Assembly: GCF_001194135.2 (NCBI RefSeq)
Contig: NC_069000.1
Span: 18,945,927-18,981,044, forward strand
DNA length: 35,118 nt
Source of the DNA: Octopus bimaculoides
Lineage: Eukaryota
Reading direction: 5' to 3'
In this document: piece after piece, positions 30,311-35,118 of the stretch
Layout of the letters: each line of letters opens with the position of its first letter
Numbering within the stretch: the first letter of the stretch is position 1
Made by a program: the position numbers and the translations under genes
The notes under the pieces: generated by a model
Database searches by the model: none
The model's input: the letters and a program-made list of their open reading frames with translations, nothing else
Told to the model about the DNA's origin: nothing

Positions 30311-33300
30311 ATCTGAAATAAGACCTCTTCTGGTCACTAAACAAAGGACAAGTCCTGTAATGTTTCCAGCAATATATGTCTAGTCAGCCCACAAAATGGA
30401 ATGTGGAAGATCTGTACAATCATCCAATATACATAAATACAAAACATGAAGGTAAATTATTAAAATAAAAAGCACTGCATTTTGAAGCTTCAATGACATT
30501 TCTTAGAGGTTAAAAAATTAAGAAAATTTATGAATACAAAACTGTACTTTAACTGTTTCAATGTGCAAGGCTAATACTTTAGCCAATAAGGAATATTTAA
30601 GACTAGATGAAACAATTTTGTAGTATCACAATTATTTGCAATTTTATGTGTCAATGAATATCTAAATATCAACAAATCTTACAATGTAATCGAGATATCA
30701 AAACATTATATTTATTTTTAAAGTTGTGAAGTGATAAAAAAATCTTCAGCTGGAATTAATTAAATTACTATATTAAGCAATTATTGGTTGTTAAAACACT
30801 GTAAGTAACTAGAACATACCTCAAAATCCTATGACAAATATTATTTTCAGGCTATCAAGCTCAATTTCCATAAAAATCACTTTGTCATTGTACAAATCAC
30901 AGCATTGTTCTCTTTTCAATATAATATAAAAGCTTTGATTGTGAAGAAATAACAATAGCTACCAGGATAAAACTTCTAACAATTATGGCACTGCATTTGG
31001 GATTATTGTTTTTAGATTCAATTTTATCCTTGATTAAAGAAGAAACGCTACCCAACTTAAAGCAGATGTTTCTTACAATACAGTTGAGTAGTATCACCTA
31101 GCAGTAGGATAAGAGATTGGAAGGTGAGTGGGAGGTTAAAATCTCTATAAGAAACTAAACTAACAACTGAGACATGCACAAACTTTTCAACAGTATGTTG
31201 ATCTTCACTTCGTTACTTCACCCATAATATATATATATGTATGTATGTGTGTGTGTGTGTGTGTTTACTTGTATACTATGTATGCATGGGTTCACTGCAC
31301 CCCACTCTCTCCAAACAAATATATAAATATTCAACCTCCATTTAAGCAGTTGTTCAGTAGGATCCAAATTGTATAAAATCTTTATTTGATTAGTATCATT
31401 GCCTTAAATTATCATAATTATTATGTCACATTTCAAATTTTTATGGTCTTAATGCCTTTCCAGAATATGTTACATATAACAGATGAAAAACAATGAATAT
31501 CTTAAAAGGAATACCTTACATAAATACATAAGTTTATTAAGAATATTACCCTAGACCTTTGTATTTACATTATATTAAAAATATATGAAAATGTATCCCA
31601 AAAGGACAAATGTAACAAAGAGGCATGTAAATAATTCCTCATCAACTTCTACAATTAAACATGGGTTTTAAAGATTACGCCTTTCCTTAAGAATTACAGC
31701 ACATTTTGTGCAAGTATATTGGCTTCAACTAGACATTAAAACTTGGTCTTCATTTGCAAGCTTGCTTTCAACACTATAATGCTTGACATGAGAAATTATT
31801 AGAATGATATCAATCAAATGCAATCAATGAAATATCTGATGTGTGAAAATCATGAAGCCAGCATAAGTATATAATGTATTTTGATTATGGAAAAAATAAA
31901 GGAGAAAAATTATATGGTATTTTTGACAACCATAAAAAGCTTAGAGAAGTGAGAAAGTTAAATGTGGTTGAATGTCTTATAAGATAGGTGTATAAGGATT
32001 TAGATGTAAGTTTAAGATTAGTGGAATGCATGATGAAAGGTAAATGCTCAAGTAGAGTTACAGAAGAATTTAAAAACTTAGACGGCTTTGGGCATTCATG
32101 TAGACGACTGACCAGCAAAATCAAACAAATAAGATGCAATTGAAAGTAAAAAAATATGGTAAATTTAAGATGAGTAAAGGAGCCTATGTGAATACGATGA
32201 AGACTAAAATATTTAGTTAAGCAGCTCCAAAGTCTAATAATGATATAAAAGAAACATGATAGAAGTTGTGTCCATAATATACTAATAATGGAGCAGAAAA
32301 AGTTTAGTGAAATATTACAGATTCTACACACTAAGCCTATTATCTGCATTGTATGATCAACTTATTGAACAAGCAAGGCATGAAAAACTACGGTCTGCTA
32401 TTACTTACAAGTCTTGTTTGTGCTGAGGATGTAGTTAGTCACTTATAGCATTAAGTTTAGAGTATAACTGCCTTTGTTGATGACACAGTGATTATTTTTT
32501 TTGTACAAAAATGCACATGTTGGATGTATGATAACAAATAGCAATCATGATAGATACTGAGTACTAATAGATTTTAATATTTGACTGGAGGTATTTCATA
32601 CATGTCTGTGAATGTATGAGTGAATTTTGTCCTCAGCAGTTAAAGGAGCAATGTTCTTACAAGCACATGAATGCAAACACACAAAATGTTCATATGTGTG
32701 AGTTTTAAATTGGGATATTTACATGTTTCTATTTTGTTTTGCTAACTCTTTGTCAGTTCTAAATGAGCAGACCTAGAATCATAAGTATTCCAGAATTGAC
32801 TATTCCATTCATTTTCTAGTCCCATCATCTTATGGATCTTTTAGTTTTAAAAATACAGAATATTATTTCAGTTAGATTTATTAGACTGAGTGACCATATA
32901 GAAGCACTCTCCCATTTGAACCACTTGCACATTGTCAGAGCAGATGTTCATACAGCTACCCTCCCTTTCACTAACTACTCAGCTGTGACATAGGAAAGGT
33001 GACACCAGTTTGCCAGCTAAACATACTGAGACATCTGGATCCTAAGGAACAATGGGTTCAAGAGACAATCACATGAATCTCACAGCTGTTGTGGCTCATA
33101 ACAAGATTCTGTTATACTGGATTTCTGAAGCTGGCCTTCATATCAGTTTTGTAATTGCAAGTTGTTTTCTATTTACCTTTTCTACATTCACCTTGGGCAA
33201 GTATACTATAACCCTGGCCAATCAAAGCTTTGTCAGGAAAATATTGCCATACTTGGAAACAGGCAGTAGAAAATCTGCTTCAACAAATTCTGTCTGACCC

Positions 33301-33384
33301 ATGCAAGCATAGAAAAGTGGATGTGAAAACAATGCTTATTATTATTGTCAATTACATTGACCTTAGTATTTCATAATGCCAAGT

Positions 33385-33530
33385 TAAATTCTGCCGAGGT
33401 TGATTTTGCCTTTCAGGATAGATTAATTAAGTACCAGTGAAACACTGGGCTCAATGTAATCAACTAGTCCCCTCCCCCAAACTTTCAGGCCTTGTGCCTA
33501 TAGTAGAAAGGATTATTATTATTATTATGA
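33385..33530 (+). mobile_element. SINE 3' half with (ATT)n tail
   Basis: AAATTCTGCCGAGGTTGATTTTGCCTTTC...ATTAAGTACCAGTGAAACACTGGG...CCCCTCCCCCAAA...GGCCTTGTGCCTATAGTAGAAAGG(ATT)n. The core resembles Deu/Nin-type SINE domains from memory; unverified. Confidence 0.75.
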
Positions 33531-33539
33531 TATTAATAA

Positions 33540-33996
33540 TACTGCACTGGTTTGGTCATATGATGCATATGAATGAGGACAACTGCATAAAGAAGTGCTG
33601 AACTCAAACTGTGGAGGGTAGTACCTATGGAAGGGGTAGACCCAGGAAGACATGGGATGAAGTGGTGAAAAAGGATTTTCAGACGCTGGGCCGCACTGAG
33701 GAAATGACAATGGACCAGGAGATGTGGCAATTTGCTGTACTTAATAAGATGTGTCAAGCTAAGTAAAATTGCTGTCTTCCACTCATACATGTTGGTGCTG
33801 CGTAAATGCACCTATGCCAGTGGCATGTAAAAAGCACCCAGCAAACTGTTAAGTGGTTGGCATCAGGAAGGGCATCCAGCCGTAGAAGCCATGCTACAAC
33901 AGACAATTGGAGCCTGGACTTCCCCCAGCTAGACAGCTCCATGTCAGACTGTCCAACCCATGCCAGTATGAAAAGCAGATGTTGAATGATGATGAT
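33540..33996 (+). mobile_element. 5'-truncated RTE LINE: RT C-terminus, 3' UTR and (GAT)n tail
   Basis: LHWFGHMMHMNEDNC..VEG..GRGRPRKTWDEVVKKDF..DQEMWQFAV, directly followed by the tail repeat ending GATGATGATGATG. Abuts the SINE's ATT tail. Confidence 0.9.
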
Positions 33997-34928
33997 GTAT
34001 AAAATTATGGAATAAAGAAGGGAGTATTCTGTCTGAAATAGATGTTTCTAATGCCTACTATTTTATTGCCAATAAAGATTTCTTCTAAAAATTAGTCACT
34101 TCTAAATAAAAACTATTAATTTACATTCGGTATGATTTTTAAGCTTCTGAAAAACCATTACAATTCAAATTCTCATCACATCTGCAGTTTTAAGATAATT
34201 ATTTCTTACTGTACATTTCCGAGTTATGTTGACATTTATTATTGGTACCTGAAAAGATCCCTTACTTAAATTTTTGTCTATTTTGTGGTTTATAGTGGAC
34301 AGGCCTTAATAGTATTTTCTAAATTTGTTTTATGTAATATTATAAACTTATAATCCCCATTCCAGTTTGTTGAAGTTTCTCTATGGCACATAATTATTAA
34401 ATGTGAAATGGATGGAGCTAACCAGTCAACAAAGTAAATTGTTGTTGAGAGTCTTGGCAGTTATTGTGACAGTAACAATCCCCCACCACCACCACCACAA
34501 AGAAGAAAAAAAGAAAGAAAAAGAAAAAATCCTATCATCTTTGAAATGGTTCCACATGAAATTTTAGGATAAAAATGATAACAAGAAACAGCAACTGAAT
34601 GCTTTATCTGATCACCTACCTCTATATGGACACTGATGAAGAATTACTAAATAACTAAAGGCTGCCTTTATATTTTTTTTATTGCATTTATTATATATAA
34701 CTTTTCTCTTTCTCACATAATTAAAATAAATACAAGTACACTTAGAATTTTTCCATACAAAACGTATCAAATACACTTAACAAGTTACGTTTTGGGAAAC
34801 AGAATAGTTTAGTGTTTTCTAGAGTCAACTTCTGAGGCATTAAAAAGCATGCAATGTGTAACAATCACCAAAAAACTTTATATTTAAACCATTTCTTTCT
34901 TTTTCTTTCTCATATATATATATATATA

Positions 34929-35118
34929 TCATCATCATCATCATCATCATCGTTTAACGTCCGCTTTCCATGCTAGCATGGGTTGGACGATTTGACTGAG
35001 GACTGGTGAAACCGGATGGCAACACCAGGCTCCAGTCTGATTTGGCAGAGTTTCTACAGCTGGATGCCCTTCCTAACGCCAACCACTCAGAGAGTGTAGT
35101 GGGTGCTTTTACGTGTCA
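34929..35118 (-). repeat. RTE-type 3' tail repeat copy (young), runs off the window end
   Basis: (TA)n, (CAT)n, then CGTTTAACGTCCGCTTTCCATGCTAGCATGG... Appears identical to the 9051 copy. Confidence 0.9.

Noticed and set aside
31690-32500. Very old CR1/L2-type RT (AFNTI, LGIHVDD, FVDDTV-like words)
   Set aside because: The motifs are short and not in canonical RT order; insufficient support.

Overview
AT-rich eukaryotic DNA with three assembly gaps (443-781, 9271-10243, 10991-11192), dominated by decayed transposable elements. The repeat families look like those of an octopus/coleoid cephalopod; that is inference from memory, not a database search. No intact long coding gene is visible. Mobile elements: many RTE-clade LINE relics and copies of their (GAT)n-tailed 3' UTR, one R4/Dong-like LINE with a restriction-like endonuclease, two mariner relics, tRNA-derived SINEs, an end-intact but internally deleted Helitron with a PIF1 helicase remnant (22109-25090), and a second Helitron-like 5' region carrying a long-TIR MITE with an 8-bp TSD. 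The most interesting signals are two hammerhead ribozyme motifs read directly from the sequence. One is a complete canonical type I hammerhead (25601-25662, +) inside a hairpin-rich unit bounded by ~85-bp direct repeats 315 bp apart, which is retrozyme-like. The other is a minimal Penelope-type variant hammerhead (28317-28359, -) in a short CpG-rich insert within a (TTA)n tract. A few micro-exon candidates suggest the window may be intronic to a minus-strand host gene, but that is low confidence.
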